Shown here piece after piece: positions 9,255 to 19,113 of a stretch of DNA of 64,000 bases. Every line of letters begins with the position of its first letter. Position 1 is the first letter of the stretch. This stretch comes from Candidatus Latescibacterota bacterium. GTDB taxonomy: Bacteria; Latescibacterota; UBA2968; UBA8231. The DNA is taken from the NCBI GenBank assembly GCA_965221775.1, contig CBDCSU010000006.1, forward strand, positions 1,376,001-1,440,000, given 5' to 3'. The notes under the pieces were generated by a model that was not told where the DNA came from, searched no databases, and worked only from the letters and a program-made list of their open reading frames with translations. Both the position numbers and the translations under genes were made by a program.

Positions 9255-11189
9255 CTACTGGAAGGGCACGGGAATCCGGTCTCGGTGCCAGGGGAAGGCG
9301 TGGGAAGGGGCGTTGACGAAGCGGCGCATGCCCGCATCGAGGCGGATCGCCGAAGACGGCCGCATGTCCACGGTGAAGTGTCTGCCGTCGACCATGGTGA
9401 CCTGCGTCGACTCGCCGGCCTCGACGCGGACCTCGGTGAAATCGTGCTCGCCGAAGGCCCCGGCCTGGACCACCACCCGGCGCCCGGCGGCGGGATCGAG
9501 GTTCACCAGCCGCAGTCCGACGCGGTCGGCCTCGAGCCGGTCCACCAGAGCGGCCACGTCCCGCGGGATGCCGGGGCGGGCGTTGTCGGGGTCGAAGTAG
9601 CGCACCGTCGCCCGCAGCAGGCCGCCGTGGTAGACCGGCTGCGGCGCCCCCATCATCACGTTGGTCAGGACCTTGGTGTGGACGGGATTCGGGGGATGGC
9701 GGTTGTCCTCGATGATCTGCTCCACGGTGCGGTCGTCCTCGGCCTGCTCGCGGTGGACTTTCAGGACGCTCTCCAGCTCGGCCCGCAGGATCGCCTCCGG
9801 CCAGCCCGGGTTCCTGCCGTCGTAGTACTGGAACCGCGGGTACTCGTGGACCCCCTTGTAGAAGTCGGGACCCTCGACCTCGTTGGCGCTCCAGTCGATG
9901 GTCACGTCCCGCTCCCTCACCCAGGTGAGCAGCTCGTGGTCCTGCCGCGACAGGGAGGCGTGCCACAGACGGGCCAGCTCGTTCATGCGCACCGGCTGGT
10001 CGAGCCCGGTGACCGGGTTCCACATCTTGTGGCCCCAGCCCTCGAGCCCGTGGCGCACGGCCTGCAGGAACTGGCCGTCCTCGCGGGTGATGCCGTTGTC
10101 GACGAGGACCCGGATCTGCGAGCGCAGCAGGTCGAGGTAGCCGTAGTCGCCGGTGAGCAGCAGGGCGCACTCGGCGGCGATGGTCAGGGAGTGGAAGAGG
10201 ATGTTGAAGCCGCAGTAGCTGTTCCAGCCGTAGACGCCGCCCCACCAGCAGCCGTCCCGGTGCTCGCCGATCCTGCCGGTGGGGCCCACGTTGTCGGGGA
10301 TGACGCCGCCGTTGGCGCCGATGCGCTCCATCCAGATGTCGACGTAGTCGACGACCCAGTCCTTGTAGCGGGAGTCGCCGGTGTGCAGGTAGGCGTTGGT
10401 GATCAGCGCCGTGGCCCCGAGGTTGTTGGGCGAGTCGGCGTTGAGGACGATGCGGTCGAAGAGGCCGACGATCTCCTTGCGGCGGCGGGGCGCCTTCCAC
10501 CAGTCCGCCTCCAGGTGGGGCACCACCGGGTAGAGGGTGGAGCGGGCGCCGTAGTAGTTGACCTCGCCGCCGAGCTCGGCCGGTCCGTAGAGGTAAGCGT
10601 GGGCCTTCTCGGGAGTGGCCTTCAGCCACGGGCCCTGGCTCGTCTGGAAGGGGGAGCGCAGCACCTTGTGGCGCGGGTCGTAGTTGGGGGCGGCCTCGTC
10701 CCCGCCGAGGTAGAACCCGGCGAACTGGACCGCGCGGCGCACGTTCTCCGAGATCGTCGGGTCCGCCAGGCACAGGTGGTAGAAGGCCATGTTGCCCTCG
10801 CCGGCGTGGTGCCACTCGGCGTCGCCGGGATGGACAAGGCCGTAGTACTCGCGGTGGACCTGCTGGGTGAAGCGCGGGTGCACGCGGTTGACGATGCTGT
10901 CGTCGCCGAAGCGGGTGACGGCGTTCCAGTGCTGCAGGGCCAGCTCCAGGATCCGCTCGTCCGCCCCCATGGCGTAGAACAGGCCCCAGTTGTGGATCAT
11001 CTCGTAGAGGTCGTCCACGTCGTCGGCGTAGTAGGGCACGCCGCCGCGCTGGGAGTAGCGGCTCACGCGCAACTCGGCCGCCTCTTCCATCACCTCGAAG
11101 AGGCGCCGCTCCAGCAGGGCCCAGGCGGGCGGGGCCGTCACCGCCGCGGCGGTGACCGTGGGCAGGTTCAGTTCGACCCCCCGTCTCAT
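9255..11189 (-). CDS. Uncharacterised ~650-aa protein, paralog A2
   Basis: C-terminal 644 aa of ORF 9255..12329; ATG 11189 overlaps the upstream stop; same motif set as A1/A3. Confidence 0.8.
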   Translation of the reverse strand: MRRGVELNLPTVTAAAVTAPPAWALLERRLFEVMEEAAELRVSRYSQRGGVPYYADDVDDLYEMIHNWGLFYAMGADERILELALQHWNAVTRFGDDSIVNRVHPRFTQQVHREYYGLVHPGDAEWHHAGEGNMAFYHLCLADPTISENVRRAVQFAGFYLGGDEAAPNYDPRHKVLRSPFQTSQGPWLKATPEKAHAYLYGPAELGGEVNYYGARSTLYPVVPHLEADWWKAPRRRKEIVGLFDRIVLNADSPNNLGATALITNAYLHTGDSRYKDWVVDYVDIWMERIGANGGVIPDNVGPTGRIGEHRDGCWWGGVYGWNSYCGFNILFHSLTIAAECALLLTGDYGYLDLLRSQIRVLVDNGITREDGQFLQAVRHGLEGWGHKMWNPVTGLDQPVRMNELARLWHASLSRQDHELLTWVRERDVTIDWSANEVEGPDFYKGVHEYPRFQYYDGRNPGWPEAILRAELESVLKVHREQAEDDRTVEQIIEDNRHPPNPVHTKVLTNVMMGAPQPVYHGGLLRATVRYFDPDNARPGIPRDVAALVDRLEADRVGLRLVNLDPAAGRRVVVQAGAFGEHDFTEVRVEAGESTQVTMVDGRHFTVDMRPSSAIRLDAGMRRFVNAPSHAFPWHRDRIPVPFQ

Positions 11190-12727
11190 GAGGGCGGCGC
11201 GATCTTGACCGGGTCGAGGGCCTCGGGGAGATCGAACTCGGTGTAGCGCAGGTGGATCTCGACGCCGGTGAGGGTGCGGTCGAAGCCGGCGGTCCGCTCC
11301 TTGCGCAGGATCTCCAACTCCACCGTGTTCTCGCCCTGCACCACCTCGCCGGCGTCCAGGGTCCACCGCAGCCAGTAGAGGCCGCGCCGGGGCTCGTGGA
11401 TGGCCTTGCTCTCCACGGGCAGGTCCCTGCCGTTGAAGCGGAAGGCGACCTCGTCCTCGACGCAGAGCTGCTTGAAGGTCAGGGTGAGCACGGGGTCGCG
11501 GATCTCGCCGTCGGCCATGGCCGCCTCGATCTCGTCGGCCACGGTGATGCTTACGGTCTCGGCGGCGCCCTCCTCCAGGACCAGGGGCAGCCGGCGGCCG
11601 TCGGGACGGACATAGGGAGGCAGTTCCTCCCGCTCCGGCAGGAAGTAGCGCTTGTCGTGGCGCAGGGCCGCCTCGGGGAAGGCCAGCTCGCGCAGGACCC
11701 GGTACTCGGCGTCGGAGAAGGGCCAGGGCAGGTAGCCCAGGTAGGCGCCGGTGAACCCCTGCCAGCGCGCGGTGCGGCCGAAGGCGCGGAACATCTCGAT
11801 GTTGGCGATGCCGGTGCGGGGGTCCTCGAGGCGGCGCCCCGGCCGCAGGTAGGAGGCCACTCCCGCGGCGTTGGCGGCGTCGGCGAGCCAGCGGCCGTCG
11901 CTGACGCACGGGTCCAGGAACAGGTTGGGGATCTGGCCGACGACGAGGTCGACGTCGCCGGCGGCGATCCAGGCCTCCACGTCGAGCCCGAGATCCAGGT
12001 TCTCCTCGCGCCGGTGCCAGACCCGGGCCATGACCGGGATCGTCCGCGACTGCGCTTCGCCGATCTCTCGGGTCAACGAGCGCACGTCGGCGACGAAGCG
12101 GTTCATCGTCTCCACGTGGGCCTCGGTCTCGGAGCGCCGGAAGTAGAGGGGGAAGAACATGAAGTCCAGCTCGATGCCGTCGGCCCCGTACTCCTCCAGG
12201 ACCTCGCGGACGAGGCTGAGCTTCTCGTCGCGGACGGCGGGGTTGGCGTAGTCGTAGCACCACTCGGTCTGGTGAGAGGGGAAGCGGTCGTCCCCCGTCC
12301 CCAGGGTCACCTCCATGCCGTGATGCCACTTGAGCCAGCCGCAGCGCTCGCCGCCCTGGGGGGTCGGGTCCTGCAGCTTGAGGCTGGGGAAGACGCGGAC
12401 CCCCGCATCGCGGCCGTGACGGATCACCTCCCGTAGCTGATCGGTGCCCATGGCCGCCGCGTCCCGGACCAGGCGCATGATGCGCCAGTTGATGAACTGA
12501 TCCCAGACCTCCTGCTCCTGGCCGATGACGCGGCCGACGCGGGTCTGGTGGAAGTAGACGTCGCCGAAGCCGAGGCCGAAGGCGAGCAGGTCCACCCCGG
12601 TGCCGGAGAGCTCGTCGGTGGGCCAGCGCATCTTGTGCAGGCTCAGGGGCGGATCGACGCGCTTGGCGTGGAAGTGGTGGGCGTCGCTGTAGTAGATCAG
12701 GCGCGGCGGCGGGGCGGAGTCCGGCAT
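11186..12727 (-). CDS. GHL10-like (family 10 glycosyl hydrolase-like) TIM-barrel protein, paralog B1
   Basis: Start MPDSAPPPRLIYYSD at 12727; YDYANPAVR and DGIELDF motifs; C-terminal beta-sandwich (QGENTVEL). Confidence 0.65.
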   Translation of the reverse strand: MPDSAPPPRLIYYSDAHHFHAKRVDPPLSLHKMRWPTDELSGTGVDLLAFGLGFGDVYFHQTRVGRVIGQEQEVWDQFINWRIMRLVRDAAAMGTDQLREVIRHGRDAGVRVFPSLKLQDPTPQGGERCGWLKWHHGMEVTLGTGDDRFPSHQTEWCYDYANPAVRDEKLSLVREVLEEYGADGIELDFMFFPLYFRRSETEAHVETMNRFVADVRSLTREIGEAQSRTIPVMARVWHRREENLDLGLDVEAWIAAGDVDLVVGQIPNLFLDPCVSDGRWLADAANAAGVASYLRPGRRLEDPRTGIANIEMFRAFGRTARWQGFTGAYLGYLPWPFSDAEYRVLRELAFPEAALRHDKRYFLPEREELPPYVRPDGRRLPLVLEEGAAETVSITVADEIEAAMADGEIRDPVLTLTFKQLCVEDEVAFRFNGRDLPVESKAIHEPRRGLYWLRWTLDAGEVVQGENTVELEILRKERTAGFDRTLTGVEIHLRYTEFDLPEALDPVKIAPPS

Positions 12728-12750
12728 GTCGTCTCCTGGGTGCGGGGCTC

Positions 12751-13887
12751 TCAGTGGCCGGGGATGCGGAGCCCGCGGTCCTCCACGGGCACGGAGAGGC
12801 GGGCGCCGCCCTGCAGGTGGGAGCAGGCCACGGCGAACTCGGCCTCGGCCGCCTGCAGGGTGCGGTCGATGTGGCCGCTGGTGCGCTGGCCCGTCTCCAG
12901 CTCGCGGACGATCTCGCGGATGATGACGACGGTGGGGCTCTCGCCCCGGGGCCGGATCACCTCCTCCTCCCAGCCGCCCTCGGCGCGGCGCCGCACCCGG
13001 AAGTCGGCGCCGTCGTCCCAGGCCCAGACCCGCCCCTGGTCGCCGTGGACCTCGAACTCGGTGGCCCCCAGCCGCGGCACGAAGACGGACTCGGTGCCGT
13101 TGGCGTAGCCGACGCGGGCGAACTCCAGGACAGGCTCGGCGTAGCGGGTGCCCTCCGGGGGGACGAAACAGTGGCCCTCCGGATCGTAGGCCGGGACCGG
13201 CAGCGGCTGGCGCGTCATCTCGTCCCCCTCGCGGGGGCCCATGCGGGAATCTCCGGGGTCGAGGGGATCGCCCGGCTCCACGAGCCGGCCCTCGGCCCAG
13301 ACCGGCGCCGGGTCCCCGAGGAGCATGGCCACGGTGTCGAAGGAGTGGGAGTGGTGCTTCATGAGATCGGTGCACCAGAAGGTGAAGGCGAACTGCGGCG
13401 CACCGATGTCGCCGCCCTCGATGGCCCGGCGCAGGCGCACGAACCCGTCGTGGTAGCGGCGCTCGGCCCCGAAGTTGAAGGCCACGCCCTTCGAGCGGCA
13501 GGCCGCGGCGATGGCATCCGCCTCGGCCAGGGAGGCGCACAGGGCCTTCTCGGCGTAGATGCCGCGGACCCCGTGCTCGACGGCGAAGAGGATCGCCTCG
13601 GCGCGGTACCGGGACTGGGTGGTGACGCTGACGATCTCCGGCCTCTCCTTCTCGATCATCTCGCGGTAGTCGAGATAGGTGTTGGTCATGCCGAAGCGCT
13701 CGGTGAACAGCTTCAGCCGGCCCGGCCGGCGGCCGGCCACGGCCACCACCTCCGTCTCGTCGACGGCGGAGTACGCGGCGAAGTGTCCGTGGGGCTTGCG
13801 GAAGGTGTTCGGCGGCTGCTCGTCCTCGAGGAGGCCGCCCATGCGGCCGCCCCCGATGATGGCGGCGCGGTACCTGCGTTCACTCAT
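12751..13887 (-). CDS. Gfo/Idh/MocA family oxidoreductase
   Basis: IIGGGRMG Rossmann motif, EKA (EKP-like) motif, HSFD. Confidence 0.85.
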   Translation of the reverse strand: MSERRYRAAIIGGGRMGGLLEDEQPPNTFRKPHGHFAAYSAVDETEVVAVAGRRPGRLKLFTERFGMTNTYLDYREMIEKERPEIVSVTTQSRYRAEAILFAVEHGVRGIYAEKALCASLAEADAIAAACRSKGVAFNFGAERRYHDGFVRLRRAIEGGDIGAPQFAFTFWCTDLMKHHSHSFDTVAMLLGDPAPVWAEGRLVEPGDPLDPGDSRMGPREGDEMTRQPLPVPAYDPEGHCFVPPEGTRYAEPVLEFARVGYANGTESVFVPRLGATEFEVHGDQGRVWAWDDGADFRVRRRAEGGWEEEVIRPRGESPTVVIIREIVRELETGQRTSGHIDRTLQAAEAEFAVACSHLQGGARLSVPVEDRGLRIPGH

Positions 13888-15418
13888 GGCTCGTCCAGAT
13901 CTCGACGTTGGCCACCGTCAGCGGCGGCCGCAGCCGCGGGTCCCGCTTCACGAGCACGACCTGGATCTCGTGCTCGCCCGACGCTGCCTGCGCCGGGTCC
14001 AGGTCCCACACGAGCCAGCTGTTCTCGTGCACGTCGGCGGGGCTCTGGGGATCCTCGGCGGCCTGGTTGCGTACCACCGGCGGACCCAGGGCGGCGCCGT
14101 CCAGGCTGACGGCGACCTCGTCGCCGGTGGGGGAAAAGTGCTCCATCTCGATGAGCAGCTGGGCGGCGGCGGCGCCGGGATCGTGGGTCGACAGGTGGAA
14201 GGTGGGGCCGTCGCCGGTCAGGGTGCGGTGCAGGTCGACGGGGACCTCGCCGTAGAGGCGGTCGTCGCGCTCGGAATCCTTGCGCAACGGATTGGTCCCG
14301 ATGCTGCGGTGGACGGCGGTGTAGGCCTTGTCGAGGCCGCGGAGGGTCTCGGTGGAGCCGATCGTCGTCAGCGACTCCCGGCGCAGGGTCTCCTCGGCGT
14401 GCCAGTTGAAGATGTAGATGCCGTGGGCGCCGCGGTCGAGGTGGCCCTGCGCCATGCCGGCGAACCAGCGGTCGCGCCAGCGGCCGTGGGGGACCAGGCG
14501 GCCGGCCTGCTGCCGGCTGTCGAAGTCGAAGCCCGGGTAGACCTGGATCTCCGTGCCCTCCACGAGCCGGAGGAACTCCTCGGTCTCGAAGCACGGGTCG
14601 GTGCCGGAGTTGCCGCCGCCGATGAGGAGGTCGCAGAGGCCCTCCTCGACCCAGGTCTCGACGTCGTAGCCGATGCGGCGGCACGCCTCCCGCGTCGCGG
14701 CGACACGGACGGCCACGGGGAAGGGCCGGCCGCGCTCCTCGCCCAGCGCCCGGGTCATGCGGCGCACCGCCCGCTGCAGGTCGGTGAGGGCGTAGCGCAG
14801 GCGGTACTCGTGCTCGGCGGGCAGGTGGAAGGCGTGGCGCTGCCAGTCCAGCTCGACGCCGTCCCAGTCGGCCAGCCGGCAGGCCTGGGTGATCAGCTCG
14901 AGCTTGTGGGCCCGCACCTCCGGGACGGCCATGTTCCACGAGGTGGCGCACCATCCCGGGGCCTGGTCCCCCAGGCACCACTCGGGATGCTCCTTGCGCA
15001 GGGCCGTCATCTCGTGGGCCGTGGAGCCCTGCATCGTCTCCAGGTCCTGGATCGACCAGAAGTGCTGGTCGTTCATGCGGATCGAGGGCCAGACGTCGAT
15101 CCCCAGCTCACGGCCACGGGCGACCATGGCCGCGTACGGGTCCTCGCCCCGCTCCAGCATGGACCGCAGGCTCTCCGTGTCCCTCATGGCCAGGACGCTG
15201 TCGTAGACCCGGCCCACGGAATCACCCTTCACGGGCAGGTCGTCGGACAGCCAGGTGGCCTCGTGGATCCCCATGCACCAGAACAGGGCGTCCACCTGGG
15301 TGCCGGCCAGCGGTGCGTAGACCTTCTGCAGGAAGGCCTCCATCGACTGGGGATACTCGTCGTAGTGGTGGGGAGCCCCGTCCCAGTTGTAGATGATCCG
15401 GTACGGTCTCTCGGCCAT
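13880..15418 (-). CDS. GHL10-like TIM-barrel protein, paralog B2
   Basis: IIYNWDG, SIRMNDQH, HPEW, WNMAVPEVR, DGVELDWQRH and GIYIFNW motifs. Confidence 0.7.
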   Translation of the reverse strand: MAERPYRIIYNWDGAPHHYDEYPQSMEAFLQKVYAPLAGTQVDALFWCMGIHEATWLSDDLPVKGDSVGRVYDSVLAMRDTESLRSMLERGEDPYAAMVARGRELGIDVWPSIRMNDQHFWSIQDLETMQGSTAHEMTALRKEHPEWCLGDQAPGWCATSWNMAVPEVRAHKLELITQACRLADWDGVELDWQRHAFHLPAEHEYRLRYALTDLQRAVRRMTRALGEERGRPFPVAVRVAATREACRRIGYDVETWVEEGLCDLLIGGGNSGTDPCFETEEFLRLVEGTEIQVYPGFDFDSRQQAGRLVPHGRWRDRWFAGMAQGHLDRGAHGIYIFNWHAEETLRRESLTTIGSTETLRGLDKAYTAVHRSIGTNPLRKDSERDDRLYGEVPVDLHRTLTGDGPTFHLSTHDPGAAAAQLLIEMEHFSPTGDEVAVSLDGAALGPPVVRNQAAEDPQSPADVHENSWLVWDLDPAQAASGEHEIQVVLVKRDPRLRPPLTVANVEIWTSHE

Positions 15419-15419
15419 G

Positions 15420-16967
15420 CTACCGGTAGCGCACGTGGAGATCCACGTGCTCGACGCTCAGGGGAGGGGCGAGGCGGGGATCGCGGCTGACGAGGACCAC
15501 CTTGACCTTGTGCGAACCCCTCGCCACGTCCGCGGGATCCAGGTCCCAGACGAGCCACTTGTTCTCGGAGACTTCCGGCGGCTCCTGCACCATCTCCGCC
15601 ACGTCGCGGATCTCCGGCTCGCCGAGGGGCTCGCCGTCGAGGGTGACGGACACGGAGTCCCGCGGCGCCCAGTGGGCCATCTCGATGTGGAGCTGCAAGG
15701 ACCCGTCGTCGCCGACATCGTCGTGCAGGTTCAGCGTGAAGGTCGGTCCATCGCCGGTGAGACCGGGCATGAGCACGACCGAGGTCTCGCCGTAGATGCG
15801 GTCGTTCACGGCGTTGGCCAGGGGGTCCTCGTGCCAGGTGGCGCCGCGGCGCAGGGCCGAGAAGATCTTGTCCGTGCCCCGCAGGGTCTCCTCGGCGCCG
15901 AGGGTGCTCAGGAGCCCGGTCCAGTCGGCCTTTTTGGGGAACCAGTTGAAGGTGTAGATCCCGTCCGCCCCGTCGGCGAGATATCCCGCGGCCGTGGCCC
16001 GGAAGAAGGCCTCGCGCCACTCGAGGAGGCTCACCAGGCGGGCGGCCTCCTGCCGGTAGGAGCTGTCGAAGCCGCCGTAGAGGCGGATGCCGGTGCCGTC
16101 GGAGTGGCGCCGGAAGCCGGCCACCTCGAAGCCGGGATCGGTGGACGATCCGCCGGCGCCGATGAGGACGTCGCAGAGGCCCTCGCCGCACCAGCGGGGG
16201 ATGTCGTAGCCGATGCGCCGGCACGACTCCAGGGTGGTGGCCACGCGGGACGCCACGTGGAAGGGGCGACCCCTCTCGGCGGCGATGCCGTCGGCCATGC
16301 GGCGGACGGCGCGCTGCAGGTCGGTGAGGACGTAGCGCAGGCGGTAGCCGTCGTGCTGCGGCAGGTGGAAGGGGTGGCGCTGCCAGTCCAGCTCGACGCC
16401 GTCCCAGTCGGCCAGGGCGCAGGCCTCGCTGATGTAGGAGAGCTTGTGCTCGCGGACCTCGGCGTGGGCGAAGTTCCAGGAGCCGACGCCGCGGCTCTCT
16501 GGCACGTCGTCGACGTCCAGGAGCCACTCGGGATGGTCCTGCCGCAGCCGGGTGCCCTTGTTCAGCTTCCTGAACTCCCGCGGACGGGTGTTGTAGAAGT
16601 GGTTGTCGTTCATCCGCATGGAGACGTAGACGTGCATCCCGAGCTGGTGGCCGCGCTCGACCATGGCCTGGTACACGCTCTCGCCGGCCTCGAAGAGGCT
16701 CCACACGTTCTCGGCGTGGCGCATGGCGCGCACCGAGGCGTAGACGCGGCCGGTGCGCTCACCTTCGCGCTCGTGCACCTGCGAAGGCCAGAGGGCCTCG
16801 TGGCTGCCGATACTCCAGAACACGGCGTCCACCTGGGTGCCCTCGAGAGGGGCGTAGATGTGGTCCACGAGCTGCTCCGCCGACTGCGGATGCTCCCCGT
16901 AGGCGAGGCTGTCGCCGTCCCAGTTGAAGATGACGCGGTAGCGCGGAGGCGGGGGTCTCGAGGCCAT
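15420..16967 (-). CDS. GHL10-like TIM-barrel protein, paralog B3 (tandem duplicate of B2)
   Basis: VIFNWDG, SMRMNDNH, HPEW, DGVELDWQRH and GIYTFNW motifs; long near-identical blocks shared with B2; ATG 16967. Confidence 0.7.
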   Translation of the reverse strand: MASRPPPPRYRVIFNWDGDSLAYGEHPQSAEQLVDHIYAPLEGTQVDAVFWSIGSHEALWPSQVHEREGERTGRVYASVRAMRHAENVWSLFEAGESVYQAMVERGHQLGMHVYVSMRMNDNHFYNTRPREFRKLNKGTRLRQDHPEWLLDVDDVPESRGVGSWNFAHAEVREHKLSYISEACALADWDGVELDWQRHPFHLPQHDGYRLRYVLTDLQRAVRRMADGIAAERGRPFHVASRVATTLESCRRIGYDIPRWCGEGLCDVLIGAGGSSTDPGFEVAGFRRHSDGTGIRLYGGFDSSYRQEAARLVSLLEWREAFFRATAAGYLADGADGIYTFNWFPKKADWTGLLSTLGAEETLRGTDKIFSALRRGATWHEDPLANAVNDRIYGETSVVLMPGLTGDGPTFTLNLHDDVGDDGSLQLHIEMAHWAPRDSVSVTLDGEPLGEPEIRDVAEMVQEPPEVSENKWLVWDLDPADVARGSHKVKVVLVSRDPRLAPPLSVEHVDLHVRYR

Positions 16968-16981
16968 GGCGAAGGCCGGAG

Positions 16982-17042
16982 AGGATAGCCGGCCCCCTTC
17001 GGTGCGTCCAGCGTTGTCCCGCAATGGGGGTTTCCCTAGCTT
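16982..17042. promoter_or_regulatory. Putative back-to-back sigma70-like promoters
   Basis: Plus strand: TTGTCC(17014)-17 bp-TAGCTT(17037). Minus strand: TGGACG(17010)-17 bp-TATCCT(16987). Located between divergent genes. Confidence 0.4.
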
Positions 17043-17075
17043 GGGCCGCCCCGCTTACCCGAGGAGAAGAGAGCC

Positions 17076-19106
17076 GTGAGCGATACGAATGGCATGCCCC
17101 TGATCACCGCCGACCAGGTCGGCGCACCGCCGGCCTGGGCCCTGCTGGAGCGCAATCTCATCGCCCAGATGGAGGAGGCGGCGCGGCTGCGGTTCCGCCA
17201 GTGCACCGAGCGCGGCGGGGCGATCCTCTACGCCGAGGACTTCGACGACCTCTTCGAGCAGTTCTACAACTGGGGCCTGTTCTACGCCATGGGCGCCGAC
17301 GACAGCCTCCTCGAGATGGCGGCCACGGCATGGAACGCCACGGCCCGCATCAGCGACGAGAACGTCGTCCACCGCACCCGCTTCAACGACCACAAGAAGG
17401 TCTTCCGCCCCTCGGCGCGGCGGGAGTTCTGGAACCTGCAGCAGGCGATGGAGTGGCACCATCTCGGCGAGGGCATGATGGCCTTCTACGACTTCGGCGT
17501 CGCCGACCCGACGATCTCGGAGATGGCCCGCCGGGCCCAGCTGTTCGCCGGGTTCTACACCGGTGAGGACCCGGAGGCCCCCAACTACGACCCGGTCCAC
17601 AAGGTCCTGCGCTCGCCTTTCCAGTCGAGCCAGGGTCCGCTGCAGGAAGCGAGCGCCGAGACCGCCCACGCCATGCTGCTGGCGGGCCGCTGGCTGGGGA
17701 GCGAAGTCAACTACTACGGCGTCCGCGCCAGCCTCTACCCCATCGTGGAGGACCTGGAGCTCGACTGGTGGGCGGACCCGGCGCGCCAGGCGGAGATCGT
17801 CGATCTCTTCAACAAGCTGATCCTGCAGGCGGACACGCCCAACAACCTGGGCGCCGCCGCCCTCGTGACCCACGCTTACCTCTACACGGGGGACGAGAAG
17901 TACAAGCGCTGGGTCCTGGACTACACCGAGGCGTGGATGGAGCGGGCGGCGAAGAACGGCGGCGTCATGCCCGACAACGTGGGACCGACCGGCATCGTCG
18001 GCGAGCGCCGCAACGGCAACTTCTGGGGCGGCCAGTACGGGTGGAACCACTACCAGGGCTTCAACATCATGTTCCACAGCCTCAACATCGCCGCCGAGTG
18101 CGCCGTGCTGATGACCGGGGACTTCGGCTACCTCGACCTGCTGCGCGACCAGGTCAAGGTCCTCCTGGACGCCTCCATCACGAGGGAGGACGGCCAGCTG
18201 ATCATGCCGACGCGCTACGGACCTTCCGGCTGGCAGTACGACCCGCCCCTGCCGCGGCGGGAGGACACGATCGTGCCCATGCGCCACGTCTACACCGGGC
18301 CGATGCCGTGGCGCATGCAGGAGCTGACCCACCTCTACCACGCCTCCATGTCGCAGGAGGACCGCGAGCTGATCGAGCGGGTGCGCGAGGGGGAGGTGGA
18401 GCGCGACTGGAACGACGTGGGCGAGACGGGCAGCGAGAAGAACTCGGGACAGACCGAGTTCGCCCGCTACCAGTACTACGAAGGCCGGAACCCGGACTGG
18501 CCCGAGAAGATCCTGTCCGCCGAGGCGGAGTGGTCGATGCAGGCGATCGACGAGATGCGCAAGGACGGACGCACGGCGATCGAGAGGCTGAAGGCGAACG
18601 CCATCCCCGCCAACCCGGTGCTGACCAAGGGCCTGACCCAGGTGACCATGGGGACTCCCCAGTCGATCTACAACGGCGGGCTGCTGCGCGCCACGGTCCG
18701 CTACTACGACGCCGACGAAGAGCGCCCCGGGCTGCCCGCCGACGTGGCCGCCCTCGTGGACCATCTCGACGCCGGTTCCGTGGGAGTCCAGCTGGTGAAC
18801 TGCAGCCGCGACGAGTCCCGCCGCCTGATCGTGCAGGCCGGCGCCTTCGGCGAGCACACCTTCACCGAGGTGCGGACGGACAGCGGCGACGGCGAGTCAC
18901 CGGCCGCCACCGCCGTCAACGGCCGCTACGTCGCCGTCGACCTGCCGCCGGCCGCCAAGGTCCGCCTCGAGGCCAGCCTCTCGCGGTTCAGCAACGACCC
19001 GAGCTACGCCTTCCCCTGGCACGGGGAGGAGATCCCCATCCCCTTCCCGGTCAATCCGCAGGAGAGCGGCCGGTCCGGGTCGGCGTACGTGGCGCCCTCG
19101 GGCTGA
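17076..19106 (+). CDS. Uncharacterised ~650-aa protein, paralog A3
   Basis: GAGGAG RBS before GTG; same motif set as A1/A2. Confidence 0.8.
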   Translation: MSDTNGMPLITADQVGAPPAWALLERNLIAQMEEAARLRFRQCTERGGAILYAEDFDDLFEQFYNWGLFYAMGADDSLLEMAATAWNATARISDENVVHRTRFNDHKKVFRPSARREFWNLQQAMEWHHLGEGMMAFYDFGVADPTISEMARRAQLFAGFYTGEDPEAPNYDPVHKVLRSPFQSSQGPLQEASAETAHAMLLAGRWLGSEVNYYGVRASLYPIVEDLELDWWADPARQAEIVDLFNKLILQADTPNNLGAAALVTHAYLYTGDEKYKRWVLDYTEAWMERAAKNGGVMPDNVGPTGIVGERRNGNFWGGQYGWNHYQGFNIMFHSLNIAAECAVLMTGDFGYLDLLRDQVKVLLDASITREDGQLIMPTRYGPSGWQYDPPLPRREDTIVPMRHVYTGPMPWRMQELTHLYHASMSQEDRELIERVREGEVERDWNDVGETGSEKNSGQTEFARYQYYEGRNPDWPEKILSAEAEWSMQAIDEMRKDGRTAIERLKANAIPANPVLTKGLTQVTMGTPQSIYNGGLLRATVRYYDADEERPGLPADVAALVDHLDAGSVGVQLVNCSRDESRRLIVQAGAFGEHTFTEVRTDSGDGESPAATAVNGRYVAVDLPPAAKVRLEASLSRFSNDPSYAFPWHGEEIPIPFPVNPQESGRSGSAYVAPSG

Positions 19107-19113
19107 GGGGCCT

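Noticed and set aside
9255-13540. Apparent long fusion ORFs (9255..12329, 11186..13540; also 2609..4585, 33301..35409, 53498..55732)
   Set aside because: The N-terminal extensions are Arg/Pro/Gly-rich off-frame overlaps with upstream genes; the true starts are coupled to upstream stops or RBS sites
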